Shown one piece after another: positions 32,944 through 41,940 of a DNA stretch of 64,000 nt. Source of the DNA: a virus (Duplodnaviria > Caudoviricetes); the IMG/VR virus record IMGVR_UViG_3300005713_000004, positions 1 to 64,000 of that record. One strand, 5' to 3'. The notes below the pieces were generated by a model. It saw only the letters and a list, made by a program, of their open reading frames with translations. It made no database searches and had not been told where the DNA came from. Both the position numbers and the translations under genes were made by a program. How positions within the stretch are numbered: position 1 is the stretch's first letter; every line of letters starts with the position of its first letter.

Positions 32944-33406
32944 CGACCAGCGGCCGGAGCGCAGCAGCCGGGACGAACCACGCCCGGCGGTGGCCGTGCG
33001 GGTTCCGCTCCCACTCCGGCCGCTTCGCCGCCCTCCCGAGGATCGAGCCCCGGACCGTCATCGTCGGCGGCTCGCCCGTCACGAGGTAGAACCACCGGTC
33101 GTCCGCGTCGTTGTCCCGCACGATCAGGCACCCGTCCGCGCGGGCGGTGGAGCGGACCTCGACGTTCGAGCCCATGTCCGCGAGCGCGTGGAACGTGCCC
33201 ACCGACGGGGACCAGAACCGGCCGACCGCCTTGCACAGGGCCATCTCACCGCAGGCGCCCACGACCTCCTGTGCCATCCGTTCGAGGTAGCCGCGCTGGT
33301 ACGTGGACGCGTGGTCGTGTCCACGCTCCGACGACTCGACGAAGCGTGCCATGCCCACCCCGGCGGCCGTCGCGAACTCGCGCGGGGTGAGCACAACCAG
33401 CGTCAC
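32906..33406 (-). CDS. hypothetical protein, possible PD-(D/E)XK-like fold
   Basis: GACGEMA...ADMGSNVEVRST. Confidence 0.6.
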   Translation of the reverse strand: MTLVVLTPREFATAAGVGMARFVESSERGHDHASTYQRGYLERMAQEVVGACGEMALCKAVGRFWSPSVGTFHALADMGSNVEVRSTARADGCLIVRDNDADDRWFYLVTGEPPTMTVRGSILGRAAKRPEWERNPHGHRRAWFVPAAALRPLVVTGGVAASGRPA

Positions 33407-33939
33407 GCCGGGACCGGCTGCGCCTTCGGGGCGTACCGCGTCGGCCCGGTCTCCCCGGTCACGAGGTCCCGCCACTGCGGGCCGTCGAACAGCGCCCCGC
33501 CCCACAGCCCGTCGTACCCCCGGTCGAGCGCGGTCGCCCGGCACAGGTCCCGCACGGGGCACGCGGCGCACAGCCCCCGCGCGGCGCGGCTGCGCGCGTC
33601 CCGCTGCTCCGCCCGCTGCTGCTCGTCCACCTCGTCGTCGGGGTCCGGCTCCGGCTCGAACGCGGACGGCGGGAGCGGGACCAGCACGCAGCGGAGGTCC
33701 CCTCGCCGTCGCCACGCAGGCTCGTCCTCCGGGCGCTCCGCCGGGACCTGCTCGGCGACGTTGCCCCGGCGGGCGCGCGGGTCGGCGCCGCCGTTGCGGG
33801 CCCGCCACGACACGCAGGTGTCGCAGGCGCCCGGCTCGCGGTCGGCGGCGGTGGACAGGAGACCCGTCTTCCCGCCGCCGCTGGACCACGTCGCGCGGAG
33901 GCAGTACCGGCACAGACCGGCGTACGTCGGGAGGCTCAT
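33403..33939 (-). CDS. whiB: WhiB-like protein with N-terminal Zn finger
   Basis: CRYC...CDTC then LRC...CAACPVRDLC...GLWGG. Confidence 0.75.
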   Translation of the reverse strand: MSLPTYAGLCRYCLRATWSSGGGKTGLLSTAADREPGACDTCVSWRARNGGADPRARRGNVAEQVPAERPEDEPAWRRRGDLRCVLVPLPPSAFEPEPDPDDEVDEQQRAEQRDARSRAARGLCAACPVRDLCRATALDRGYDGLWGGALFDGPQWRDLVTGETGPTRYAPKAQPVPA

Positions 33940-34346
33940 CCGGGGAACAGCCCTTCGGGTGGTGGGGGTGGTGTCGGGTCGGGGCGGCGCCGGATCCCGG
34001 TGGGCTGCGGCCGGGTCGCCTTCGGCCCGCGCTGCCACTGCTCGGCGCGTGGACACGACACGGCGTGGTGCTCGAACAGCAGCCACCCATCGGCGCGCAT
34101 CCCCGCCGCGCGGCGGGCGTCACGACCTCGTGTCGGGAGGACGTCGCACACCAGCAGCCGGGGATCATCCGGCGCCGGGTAGGCGAGGACGTTCCCCCGC
34201 TCCGACGGCTCCGCGTCGAGCGGCATCCACTCCGTCCGCCCGGACGCGTTCGTCTTCGCCCACATGATGCGGCGCCCGCAGCCTGCGGGGCGGCGGCACT
34301 CCCGCTCGAATAGCTCGAAGTCGGCGAGGACCGGGCGGGCCGTCAT
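33936..34346 (-). CDS. conserved actinophage Zn-binding protein
   Basis: CGRRIMWA...MPLDAEP..GNV...HAVSCP.A..W. Confidence 0.7.
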   Translation of the reverse strand: MTARPVLADFELFERECRRPAGCGRRIMWAKTNASGRTEWMPLDAEPSERGNVLAYPAPDDPRLLVCDVLPTRGRDARRAAGMRADGWLLFEHHAVSCPRAEQWQRGPKATRPQPTGIRRRPDPTPPPPPEGLFPG

Positions 34347-34720
34347 CGGCGGGCGGGGTCGGCGAGGTGGGACCGGAGCCGGTCGGCGAACCGGACCGCC
34401 TCCCACAGCAGCAGCGTAGGGACGTCGTCCGGTCGGGCCTGCGTGCGCTCGACCTCTGCGCCCAGGTAGGCGACCGCGTCTAGCGCTTCCTCGTAGGCGT
34501 CGGCGACGTGGTCGCGGGGCGAGTCGACTTGCAGCGTCTGCTTGTACTTGCGCAGCCCGTACGCGGCTCGCTCCCGCAGGTCCGCCGCGAGGGCGTCGAG
34601 CCCGATCGAGTCGAGTTCGACGGCGACGATCTCGTGGACGGACGCGGCGCCCGGCGTGTCCACGGGCGGGGGCTGCGCAGTCCGGGGCCGGTCGTCCCGG
34701 TCGGTGTCGAGGTGGCCCAT
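34343..34720 (-). CDS. MazG-like all-alpha NTP pyrophosphatase
   Basis: R...G.RKY...L...RD...AYEEALDAVAYL. Confidence 0.55.
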   Translation of the reverse strand: MGHLDTDRDDRPRTAQPPPVDTPGAASVHEIVAVELDSIGLDALAADLRERAAYGLRKYKQTLQVDSPRDHVADAYEEALDAVAYLGAEVERTQARPDDVPTLLLWEAVRFADRLRSHLADPARR

Positions 34721-34992
34721 CAGCGGGACGCGCGGGGGTAGGCGAGGGAGATTCGGTTCATCGCCCGATCGGCCGCTTCGGAGATCGCGGCGGCCACCTG
34801 CTCGGCGGTGTCCGGCTGCGGGTCCTCGACGTCGCGGGTCCGGTCGGCGGCGAAGCACATCCGGTGGTGGTCGTCTTCGGTGAGCGGCGAGCCGCGCCGG
34901 TCGGTGATGCGGACGATGACCTCGACCTCGACGTCCGGGCGGTCGTCCACGGAGCGGACGGCGCGGAGTCGTGGGTTCGTGTCGCTGTGCAT
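34720..34992 (-). CDS. hypothetical protein
   Basis: GGAGG RBS. Confidence 0.6.
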   Translation of the reverse strand: MHSDTNPRLRAVRSVDDRPDVEVEVIVRITDRRGSPLTEDDHHRMCFAADRTRDVEDPQPDTAEQVAAAISEAADRAMNRISLAYPRASR

Positions 34993-35013
34993 GATGCTGG
35001 TCCTCCGTGGTGG

Positions 35014-35262
35014 TTACGCGGGCGGCGGCCCGGCAACGGCGTCGGGTCCGAGTAGGTCCGCGACGTAGGCGCGCGGCAGGTCGTGGCGGGCGGCGGCCCG
35101 GTGGATGTCGGCGAGCGCGTCCGCGTTGCGGGCCGCGTCGGTGAGCCGGAGCCGGGCGAACTCGAAGCCGGGTCCGACGAGGTGGCGCCCGGCTGCGTCG
35201 AGGTTGCCCGCGAGGGCGTCGAACGTGCGGGCGGCGGAGGCGTGGTCCATGAGGTCTCCCAA
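35014..35262 (-). CDS. hypothetical protein
   Basis: GGAG RBS. Confidence 0.6.
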   Translation of the reverse strand: MGDLMDHASAARTFDALAGNLDAAGRHLVGPGFEFARLRLTDAARNADALADIHRAAARHDLPRAYVADLLGPDAVAGPPPA

Positions 35263-35311
35263 CGGGAAGGCCCGCCCCCGCCGTGTCCATCGGCGGGGGC
35301 GGGCGGGTCGG

Positions 35312-35932
35312 TCAGCCCCGGACGATCTCCGCGCGGAGCGGCTTGATCGTCTCGGCGAGGGCGGCGCGGGCCTGCGGTGGCAGACCGGCGGCGGCGAGGA
35401 CGTCGACGAGCGTCCCGATCACGGCGTCGTACACGTCACCGGTGATCGGCTTCCCGTCGGGGGTGGTGATGGTGCCGTGCTTGCGGCGGAGGAAGTCGAT
35501 CGTCCCGGCGGTGAGGCCCTTGCTCGCGACGAGGTCGAGCGCCCGGAGGAAGTGGCCCTCTTGCCGGTTCCGGTCGGTCCGGTAGAAGTACGCGGCCACG
35601 GCCGGGACGCCGAGACCTCGCGTGTAGAACTCCCGGACGACGTCCGCCCACACGTTGTCCCGGTCGGGGTTGAGGTGGACGAGCATGTCCCGGACGTTGA
35701 TGCCGTCGACCTCCGGGGCGGGGGTGACCTGATCGGTCGGGTGGTACCAGCGGTCACCGACGCGGATCATCGGCCGCTGCTCCCGGCGGGGCGCGGCGGG
35801 CCGGGCGCGGGACGCGGCGCGGACCTGCTCGGCGAGCCGGTTCTGTCGGACGAGCAGGATCACGACCCCGATCGCGGCGGCGATAGCGGAGCCGTTCCCG
35901 ATGCCGTCGAGGAACAGGAGGAACGTGGTCAC
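35312..35932 (-). CDS. membrane-anchored group I truncated (2/2) haemoglobin
   Basis: VVREFYTR (B10 Tyr), AYFYRTD (CD1 Phe), RQ..HF (E7 Gln), LRRKH (F8 His), IT...YDAVIGTLVDVL, PLRAEIV; N-terminal TM helix. Confidence 0.8.
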   Translation of the reverse strand: MTTFLLFLDGIGNGSAIAAAIGVVILLVRQNRLAEQVRAASRARPAAPRREQRPMIRVGDRWYHPTDQVTPAPEVDGINVRDMLVHLNPDRDNVWADVVREFYTRGLGVPAVAAYFYRTDRNRQEGHFLRALDLVASKGLTAGTIDFLRRKHGTITTPDGKPITGDVYDAVIGTLVDVLAAAGLPPQARAALAETIKPLRAEIVRG

Positions 35933-36531
35933 TCGCCGCCCCCGCCGGAGGACGAGCCGCCGCCGGAGTCGGAGCCGCCGGAGTAGCCGCCGCCGCTGGA
36001 CCCGCTGTCGTGGCTGCTGTGCCCGGACGAGTAGCCGCCGCCGGAGTAGCCGCCCCACGACGAGGACGAGCCGGAGTCCGTCGAGGGGTCGGGGGTCGAG
36101 TGCCGCTCCGGCGGCGTGTCCACGGCGCCGCCCATGTAGTACGGGGACGCGGGGTTCGTCCAGCCCAGCGGCTCGACCGGCGGCGGGACGTCCGCCGCGC
36201 GGGCCGCCTGCGAGCGGGTGGTGTGGCGGCCGGTCGAGGACCCGCCGCCGAACACGCCGTCGGAGCGGATCGGCCGCCGCTCGCGCTCGTACATCCCGGG
36301 GTGGTACGGGAGGCCCTCCCGGGCGGCGCGCTCCCGGAGCGGCTGGTCCGTGTAGATCCCGGACGGCGGGTGGGGCATCGGGTCCCCGTCCTCGTAGCCG
36401 GGGCCGTCGGGGGTGGGGCCGGTCGTGTCCACGCTCTCGTCGGCCCGGCGGGACCGGACGACGAAGAACGCGACGACCGCGACGACGAGCAGTACGCCCG
36501 CCGCGAGGGTGATCGTCCATGCGGTGTTCAC
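35929..36531 (-). CDS. membrane-anchored protein with Gly/Ser-rich tail
   Basis: N-terminal TM; SSGGYS repeats. Confidence 0.7.
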   Translation of the reverse strand: MNTAWTITLAAGVLLVVAVVAFFVVRSRRADESVDTTGPTPDGPGYEDGDPMPHPPSGIYTDQPLRERAAREGLPYHPGMYERERRPIRSDGVFGGGSSTGRHTTRSQAARAADVPPPVEPLGWTNPASPYYMGGAVDTPPERHSTPDPSTDSGSSSSWGGYSGGGYSSGHSSHDSGSSGGGYSGGSDSGGGSSSGGGGE

Positions 36532-36588
36532 GGTGGTGATGTTCCCTTCGTGGTGATCCTCGCGCCCGCCGAAAGCGGGTGCGGGAGT

Positions 36589-37308
36589 TTAGGTGGCGAC
36601 GGCCAGCGGGCGCAGTAGCTCCGCCTCGACCTCGTCGCCGACGAGCCCGTGAGCGTCGAGGTACATCCGGGCGCTTCCGCCCTGCGCGCCCCGGCGGGCC
36701 GCCTCCCGCAGCAGCAGGAACGCCCGACCGCCGGAGGTGACGTCCCCGTCCGCGCTGTGGTCTCCGACCGGGATGCCGCAGTACGTGGCGACGGCGCGGG
36801 CGGACAGGCTCGTGGTGCCCGGCTCGACCCCGATCACCCCGGCCGCGTACGCGCCCAGATCGATCGGGTGATGGTGCCACTCCGCCGTCTTCGCGTGGGC
36901 GGGGTCGGAGAACTTGTGGCGGACGAACAGCCGCCGGAGGAACCCCTCGTCGAACGAGGGCTTGGACCCGACGAGCACGGGAAGCGGGAGCGCGTCCATC
37001 TCCGCGCGGGTCCCGACCCGGCCGCCGGACAGCACCTCGCGGAACGCCTCGATCTGCGAGGTCGTCTCCCGGTAGGTGGGGCACGGCCCGTCGAGGGGGT
37101 ACCGGTCGAGGAACCGGTTCACCCGCAGCGCCTTCGGGTCGGAGCGGGCGAGGAACGTGGACATGTCGGGGATGTCCGCGAAGAACTGGATGCGGTGCCC
37201 GGTGGTGAGGTTCCACGCGGCGACGTCCCACGCGTCATGCATCCGGTCGTCGAGCCCGTTCGTCTCCGTGTCCACGAACACGATGTCCCGGATCGGCTGG
37301 TCGTTCAC
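36589..37308 (-). CDS. DnaQ-like DEDDh 3'-5' exonuclease
   Basis: VFVDTETNG, GSKPSFD, HSADGD. Confidence 0.88.
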   Translation of the reverse strand: MNDQPIRDIVFVDTETNGLDDRMHDAWDVAAWNLTTGHRIQFFADIPDMSTFLARSDPKALRVNRFLDRYPLDGPCPTYRETTSQIEAFREVLSGGRVGTRAEMDALPLPVLVGSKPSFDEGFLRRLFVRHKFSDPAHAKTAEWHHHPIDLGAYAAGVIGVEPGTTSLSARAVATYCGIPVGDHSADGDVTSGGRAFLLLREAARRGAQGGSARMYLDAHGLVGDEVEAELLRPLAVAT

Positions 37309-37562
37309 TGCGGCGGCTCCGGCTTCCGGTGGCGGCAGGCGTCGAGGACGCTCACGAGGTGGGTCGTGGTGGTGGTGATCGTGAGGATGGTCCCGTTCGC
37401 GACGGCGGACACGACCTGCTCCGCCGCCTCACGGATCGCGGACTCGCGGGCGTGGCAGCCGTCGCGGCGGGCGATGCGGTCGAGCAGCCGGGCCGCGTCG
37501 GCGGGCGGGACCGGGGACCCGGTGGCGACGAGCGCGCGGACGACGTCCTCGACGTCGGTCAT
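37305..37562 (-). CDS. hypothetical protein
   Basis: Overlapping junctions. Confidence 0.55.
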   Translation of the reverse strand: MTDVEDVVRALVATGSPVPPADAARLLDRIARRDGCHARESAIREAAEQVVSAVANGTILTITTTTTHLVSVLDACRHRKPEPPQ

Positions 37563-37912
37563 CACTGCGGGCTTCCCTTCGGGCAGTGCTCGTGTTCGGC
37601 GGCGTAGGTGTAGATCGCGGCCATCGCGCCGGACGCGGCGATCGAAGCGGGCGACCCCATCCCGGCGCGGGCGATCTCCGCGAGCGCCAGCCGGGACAGG
37701 ACCGCGAGCGCGGCGTCCACCGTGGGCAGGTTCCCGCCGCCGGGGCGGAGCGAGGACGGGATGGGGTCCGGCTCCGCGTCGAGGATCTCGCGCAGGCGAC
37801 GGCAGTCGTCGAGGTCGAGGAACTCCGGGCGGTGGTCGAGGTCGAGCCGGGCGGCGGCGGCGGCCACCTGCGCCCGCCACTCGCACAGCGCGGCGGAGTG
37901 GGGGGCGGTCAC
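37562..37912 (-). CDS. hypothetical protein
   Basis: Overlapping junctions. Confidence 0.55.
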   Translation of the reverse strand: MTAPHSAALCEWRAQVAAAAARLDLDHRPEFLDLDDCRRLREILDAEPDPIPSSLRPGGGNLPTVDAALAVLSRLALAEIARAGMGSPASIAASGAMAAIYTYAAEHEHCPKGSPQ

Positions 37913-38091
37913 GACGTCACGCCTTCGATGACCCATTCGATCACGCGGGGGCCCAGCCACGCGGCGAGCGCGGCGGCGATCACGGCGAGGGTGATCGCGG
38001 GTCCGTCGGCGAGTTCGAGCAGGACCGTGCAGCCGCCGTAGGTGATGCCTCCGGCGAGGACCGCGAGGAGGAAGCGAAGCGCGGCGGTCAC
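37909..38091 (-). CDS. small two-TM protein
   Basis: Hydrophobic. Confidence 0.6.
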   Translation of the reverse strand: MTAALRFLLAVLAGGITYGGCTVLLELADGPAITLAVIAAALAAWLGPRVIEWVIEGVTS

Positions 38092-38723
38092 GCGTCCACC
38101 GCGCAGCACTCGTCGCGGGTCGCTTCGACCTGCTCGACCAGGACGAACGGGACAGTGATGGCGCCGCCGGTGACGATGCCCGCGTAGTCCCACAGGTCCG
38201 CGAGGGTGTTCGACGCGGCGAACATGTACACGATGTCGTCGGGTGCGACACCCCCGAACGGGGGCCGGTCGAGCAGGGCGCCCACGGCCACCTCGCGGAT
38301 CGTGACCCGGCGGCCGTCGAGTTCGAGCGCGGCCACCTCGCGGGACTCGACGCCGGAATCGTAGTGGATCACGAACGGGTCGTACACCGGTCGGGCGTTC
38401 GGCTGGGCGAAGTGGGCGAGCCACCCGGCGACGCAGCGGAACGTGCCGCAGTGGGCGGCGACCGCGTCGGAGTCCGAGTCGGGTAGCGGGTAGCGCACGG
38501 CCATCCATGTGCCCTGGTCGTGGCGCAGGGTTCCGATGGTGATGCCCGCGAGGACATCGAAGAGCAGCAGGACCGCGCGCTCCGTGGCGACGAGCGGGTT
38601 CCCGTGGGCCCAGCCCCGTTCGATGCGGGTCGTCACCTCCGCGCGGTGGTCGAGGATGGCGACCGCGAGCGGGGGGTCCGTCGTGGCGAGGTTGTCCAGC
38701 GCCTTGATCGTTGCGTCTCGCAT
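38088..38723 (-). CDS. hypothetical protein
   Basis: GGAGG RBS; promoter at 38809-38838. Confidence 0.7.
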   Translation of the reverse strand: MRDATIKALDNLATTDPPLAVAILDHRAEVTTRIERGWAHGNPLVATERAVLLLFDVLAGITIGTLRHDQGTWMAVRYPLPDSDSDAVAAHCGTFRCVAGWLAHFAQPNARPVYDPFVIHYDSGVESREVAALELDGRRVTIREVAVGALLDRPPFGGVAPDDIVYMFAASNTLADLWDYAGIVTGGAITVPFVLVEQVEATRDECCAVDA

Positions 38724-38808
38724 GGTGTTGTGTTTCCTCCGTGTGGTGGACGGGGGTCCGGGGTGGGACTACGCGTTCCTCATGTCCCCGTGCCCCGGAC
38801 CGAATGTG

Positions 38809-38838
38809 ATGCTACACGGTTTCCGTGGGAAGCGTCAA
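38809..38838 (-). promoter_or_regulatory. promoter TTGACG-18-TAGCAT
   Basis: Same CCCACGG...CGTG spacer pattern. Confidence 0.65.
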
Positions 38839-39338
38839 GCGGGGTCGAGCCCGAACAGCATCCGCTCAGACGCCAGCCTCGACGGGTGCACGAACCCCGG
38901 CACGAACCGACCACGCGGCGGACGGCACGCCAGCCCCGGCGCCATCCCGCAGCCGCCCACCGGAACCCCCGCCGGACCCGGTTCCCCATCGCACCCGACG
39001 TGCCGACCGCGCGGGTCGAACCCCCCGCCCAGCCGCTCGAACATCGACGGGAGCGGCGCGACGTGGACACGACGCGCGGCGGCGAAGTGGTCGGCCCGCT
39101 GCTGCTGCTCGTCGAGGGACAGCGGGGTCCGCCGGTACTCCTCCGGCTCCGCTGCGACGAGGTCGTCGGGGATCTCCTCCGCGCGGATCGGCTGCGGGTC
39201 CCACGGCTCCGGCTCCGGCTCGTCCTCGCCGACCCACCCGCAGGCGGACCCGCCCCGGCAATCCTCCGCGCCGGAGCACATCGACCGCAGGCACGGCCAC
39301 GACGGGTCGAGGTCCGGCGGCTGCTCGACCGCCGTCAC
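38835..39338 (-). CDS. hypothetical protein (Cys-containing)
   Basis: ORF in operon frame. Confidence 0.5.
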   Translation of the reverse strand: MTAVEQPPDLDPSWPCLRSMCSGAEDCRGGSACGWVGEDEPEPEPWDPQPIRAEEIPDDLVAAEPEEYRRTPLSLDEQQQRADHFAAARRVHVAPLPSMFERLGGGFDPRGRHVGCDGEPGPAGVPVGGCGMAPGLACRPPRGRFVPGFVHPSRLASERMLFGLDPA

Positions 39339-39544
39339 TGCTCGCCCCTGTGTCCGGCCATCCGCTCGCGCAGCCGGTCGAGGTACAGCGTGTGGCGGTG
39401 AGCGCTCCGCTTCGTCGCATCGTCCGCAGCGGCGAGAACCTCCCGCAGCACGGCGACCGCCTGCGTCACGCGAGGCGGTTCCGTGTCGCGGCCGACGAGA
39501 TCGAGTTCTGCTCGGATCACGTCGAGCGCGTCCGCCGCCGTCAC
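39335..39544 (-). CDS. hypothetical protein
   Basis: Overlapping junctions. Confidence 0.55.
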   Translation of the reverse strand: MTAADALDVIRAELDLVGRDTEPPRVTQAVAVLREVLAAADDATKRSAHRHTLYLDRLRERMAGHRGEQ

Positions 39545-39984
39545 GCGAACACCGCCGGGCGGTGGGCCTCGACGAGCGCGCCGTCCGGGCCGTAGACCAT
39601 CAGCCCGATCCGGGCGCGGCGAGCGCGGCGGATGGTGTACCACGTGCCGGACCGCTGCTCCTCCACCCACGTACGCGGGCACGCGATCAGCACGGCCGAC
39701 ACCTCGACGATCCGGCGGTCCCGGTCGAGGTAGGGCAGCGGCGCGTCCGACTCGTCCGACGGGAACCACGCCCGGAAGCGCGGGTTCGTCGGCGGGTGCC
39801 CGATCACGCGGAGACCCAACTTGCGGGCGACCGCCGCCGCTGCTGCGTCCGCCTCGACGCAGTCGCCGTGATGGAACTCGTCGGCGCCGTGGTCGTCGCG
39901 CAGCATCCGCAGCCGGGACGCGACCACGCCGATCTGTGCCGGGGTGATCCGGTGGCGCGAGCCGGTGAACCCGACGGCGATCAT
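39541..39984 (-). CDS. SLOG-superfamily (YspA/DUF2493-like) protein
   Basis: VGFTGSR, FHHGDCVEAD, RD..IV, SGTWYTIRRA. Confidence 0.82.
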   Translation of the reverse strand: MIAVGFTGSRHRITPAQIGVVASRLRMLRDDHGADEFHHGDCVEADAAAAAVARKLGLRVIGHPPTNPRFRAWFPSDESDAPLPYLDRDRRIVEVSAVLIACPRTWVEEQRSGTWYTIRRARRARIGLMVYGPDGALVEAHRPAVFA

Positions 39985-40220
39985 CGACGGGCCTCCGCCC
40001 ACTCCACGAGGGCGACCCTCTCCCGACGCGTGGTGGCCGCCGCGTCCGAGTGGCCCACCTCGACGAGGAACATCCGGAAGGACGCCCACGTCTCCGCAAG
40101 CATCGCGGCCACCGGGTCGTCCGGGTGCTGCTCGCGGGCGTCGAGCAGGTCCGCCCGCGCCATCGCCCACTCCGGGTCGCTCTCGTACTCGTCCCGCGTG
40201 AGGCGGCTCGCCCCGCTCAC
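39981..40220 (-). CDS. hypothetical protein
   Basis: Overlapping junctions. Confidence 0.55.
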   Translation of the reverse strand: MSGASRLTRDEYESDPEWAMARADLLDAREQHPDDPVAAMLAETWASFRMFLVEVGHSDAAATTRRERVALVEWAEARR

Positions 40221-40708
40221 GCGCGCTTCGCCATCGTCCGGGTCATGCTCGCTTCGAGCGCGGGGCGCACGTGCTCCGGCGCCTGCGCGAGGATCTCGCC
40301 CAGTCGGGCCGGGCCGCCCTGCTCGATCCCGGCGGGGCGCGGCTCCGCCCCGGTCTCCGCCCAGTGGTGCAGGACGCCCGCGACGTGGCGGGCCATCTGC
40401 TCGCGGTACCACTCCGGGTAGGTCATCCCGTCCGGGAGAGCGCCCGGGATGACGGGGTCCTCGAACGAGTCGGCCGCCTTCCGGCGGATCTCGCGGAGCC
40501 GGTCGGAGATCGCGGCCGGGGAGATCCGGGGGCGGGCCGCGTCGCGGGAGTAGTGCTCCACGATGACGCGGGTCACGGCGGCGCCGTCGTCCCACCGCTC
40601 CGCCTGCGCGACCATCTGCCACGCCTTGACGTCAATCTCCGAAACCTTGCGCTGGTCGAACGTGGCGGCGAGCGCCACGAGATCGACCATGTCGTCCCAC
40701 TCGATCAC
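40217..40708 (-). CDS. helicase loader/inhibitor-like protein
   Basis: AATFDQRKV...AW...V.EHY; directly downstream of the initiator. Confidence 0.65.
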   Translation of the reverse strand: MIEWDDMVDLVALAATFDQRKVSEIDVKAWQMVAQAERWDDGAAVTRVIVEHYSRDAARPRISPAAISDRLREIRRKAADSFEDPVIPGALPDGMTYPEWYREQMARHVAGVLHHWAETGAEPRPAGIEQGGPARLGEILAQAPEHVRPALEASMTRTMAKRA

Positions 40709-41640
40709 TATCCGGTCCTGCCTTCCGTGGTGGATCCCCCGCGCTTGAGCGCGAGGACAGCGGAGACGCGCTCCGCCGTGGTGCCTTCGCCGAGACCACC
40801 GTTGACCGTGCGGTCCGGGCCTCGACGGGCCGGGGCGAGGGAGGGGGGCGGGTCGGAGTACCGGCCCTCGTTTAGCCACCGCGACGGGTGGACGATGAAC
40901 CGCTCTTCCGTCCGGGCCGCCTGCCAGTACCGGGCGTACACCTCCATGCGTCGGGTCATCGTCGCGGCGTCGAGGTCACTCCGCTTGAGCGCCTTCGTGA
41001 ACGCCTTCGCTGCGGCTTCCTTGCCCACCTTGCGGGGGCACGCTTCCCAGAACGCGGCGAACTCCGGGGAGTAGCGCACGTGCGGCGTCGAGCGCGGAGC
41101 GCTTGACGAAGTGTTTTCCGTAGTTGTTGGGATGGGGAGGGGAGGGGAGGGGAGGGGTCGGTGTGACTCCCCTGTGACTCCGGCGTCCGTCACATCGTCG
41201 TCACGTGTGACATTCTCGTCGGTCACGCGTGACCCGAACGTGACACCTCCGCCGGGTCCATCGTCGTCCGGGGGGCCGAACGTCCCGTTCGCCTGCCGCG
41301 CCCGCTCCCGGCTGCGCCGCTTGCGCTCCGCTCCGTCGGCCCGCGCCGCCTCGACCTGCTCGCGGGTCTTGTTCGACCCGGCCCAGTCGTGGAACCGGTA
41401 CCCCTCGTCCTCGTCCGTCTTGTCCTCGACCCACAGCCCCACGCGGACCAGCGCCCGCGCCATGTCGAGCGTCGGGTCCCACGACATCACGATGTAGTCG
41501 GGGACGAACCCGTCGGTGAGGTGGGCGCTCGCCCACGACCCGGCCGTGACCCACAGCCCGGAGGCGGCGAGGCGGTCGGCGCCCAACTTCGCGAACTTCC
41601 GGTGGCTGTGCATCTGATCATCTACCGCCATCCATGGCAC
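40708..41640 (-). CDS. phage replication initiator (lambda O-like)
   Basis: MPW..VDD..HSH.K, TDGFVP, GYRFHDW; C-terminal F..FW.A.PRKVGK...HPSRWLNEGRY. Confidence 0.85.
   Translation of the reverse strand: MPWMAVDDQMHSHRKFAKLGADRLAASGLWVTAGSWASAHLTDGFVPDYIVMSWDPTLDMARALVRVGLWVEDKTDEDEGYRFHDWAGSNKTREQVEAARADGAERKRRSRERARQANGTFGPPDDDGPGGGVTFGSRVTDENVTRDDDVTDAGVTGESHRPLPSPPLPIPTTTENTSSSAPRSTPHVRYSPEFAAFWEACPRKVGKEAAAKAFTKALKRSDLDAATMTRRMEVYARYWQAARTEERFIVHPSRWLNEGRYSDPPPSLAPARRGPDRTVNGGLGEGTTAERVSAVLALKRGGSTTEGRTG
41104..41245. other. candidate replication origin inside the initiator gene
   Basis: Clustered GTGAC/GTCAC repeats, two GTCAC-NN-GTGAC palindromes, adjacent AT-richer tract. Confidence 0.55.
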
Positions 41641-41643
41641 GGG

Positions 41644-41886
41644 TCATGCTCCGATCGCGGTCGAGGTGGGACGTCCGCCGACGCCGCGCCCCTCGTGGGC
41701 CTCGCCCGTGAACTGCGCTTCGACCCACGCGATGACGTCGGAGGTCTGGTACATCACGCGGCGTCCGACGTTCGTCCACTTCGGTCCGGGGCGCCCCGGC
41801 TGTCGGCGCCAGTACTTGAGCGTCTCGATCGGAACGCCGGACAGCCGGGACGCCTCCCGGGCGTCGATCATCAGGGGGGTGGTCAC
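41644..41886 (-). CDS. AlpA/MerR-like HTH (excisionase-like)
   Basis: ASRLSGVPIETLKYWR..GPKW..VGRRVMY...VIAW. Confidence 0.8.
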   Translation of the reverse strand: MTTPLMIDAREASRLSGVPIETLKYWRRQPGRPGPKWTNVGRRVMYQTSDVIAWVEAQFTGEAHEGRGVGGRPTSTAIGA

Positions 41887-41940
41887 GGCGGGGAACCTAC
41901 CTCATGGGTGGTCGGGTGTCTACGGGTGGGGGAGGGGGTG

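Noticed and set aside
31152-41886. AlpA/Xis-like genes as evidence of integration
   Set aside because: No cognate integrase or att core was found; such HTH proteins also act as plain regulators
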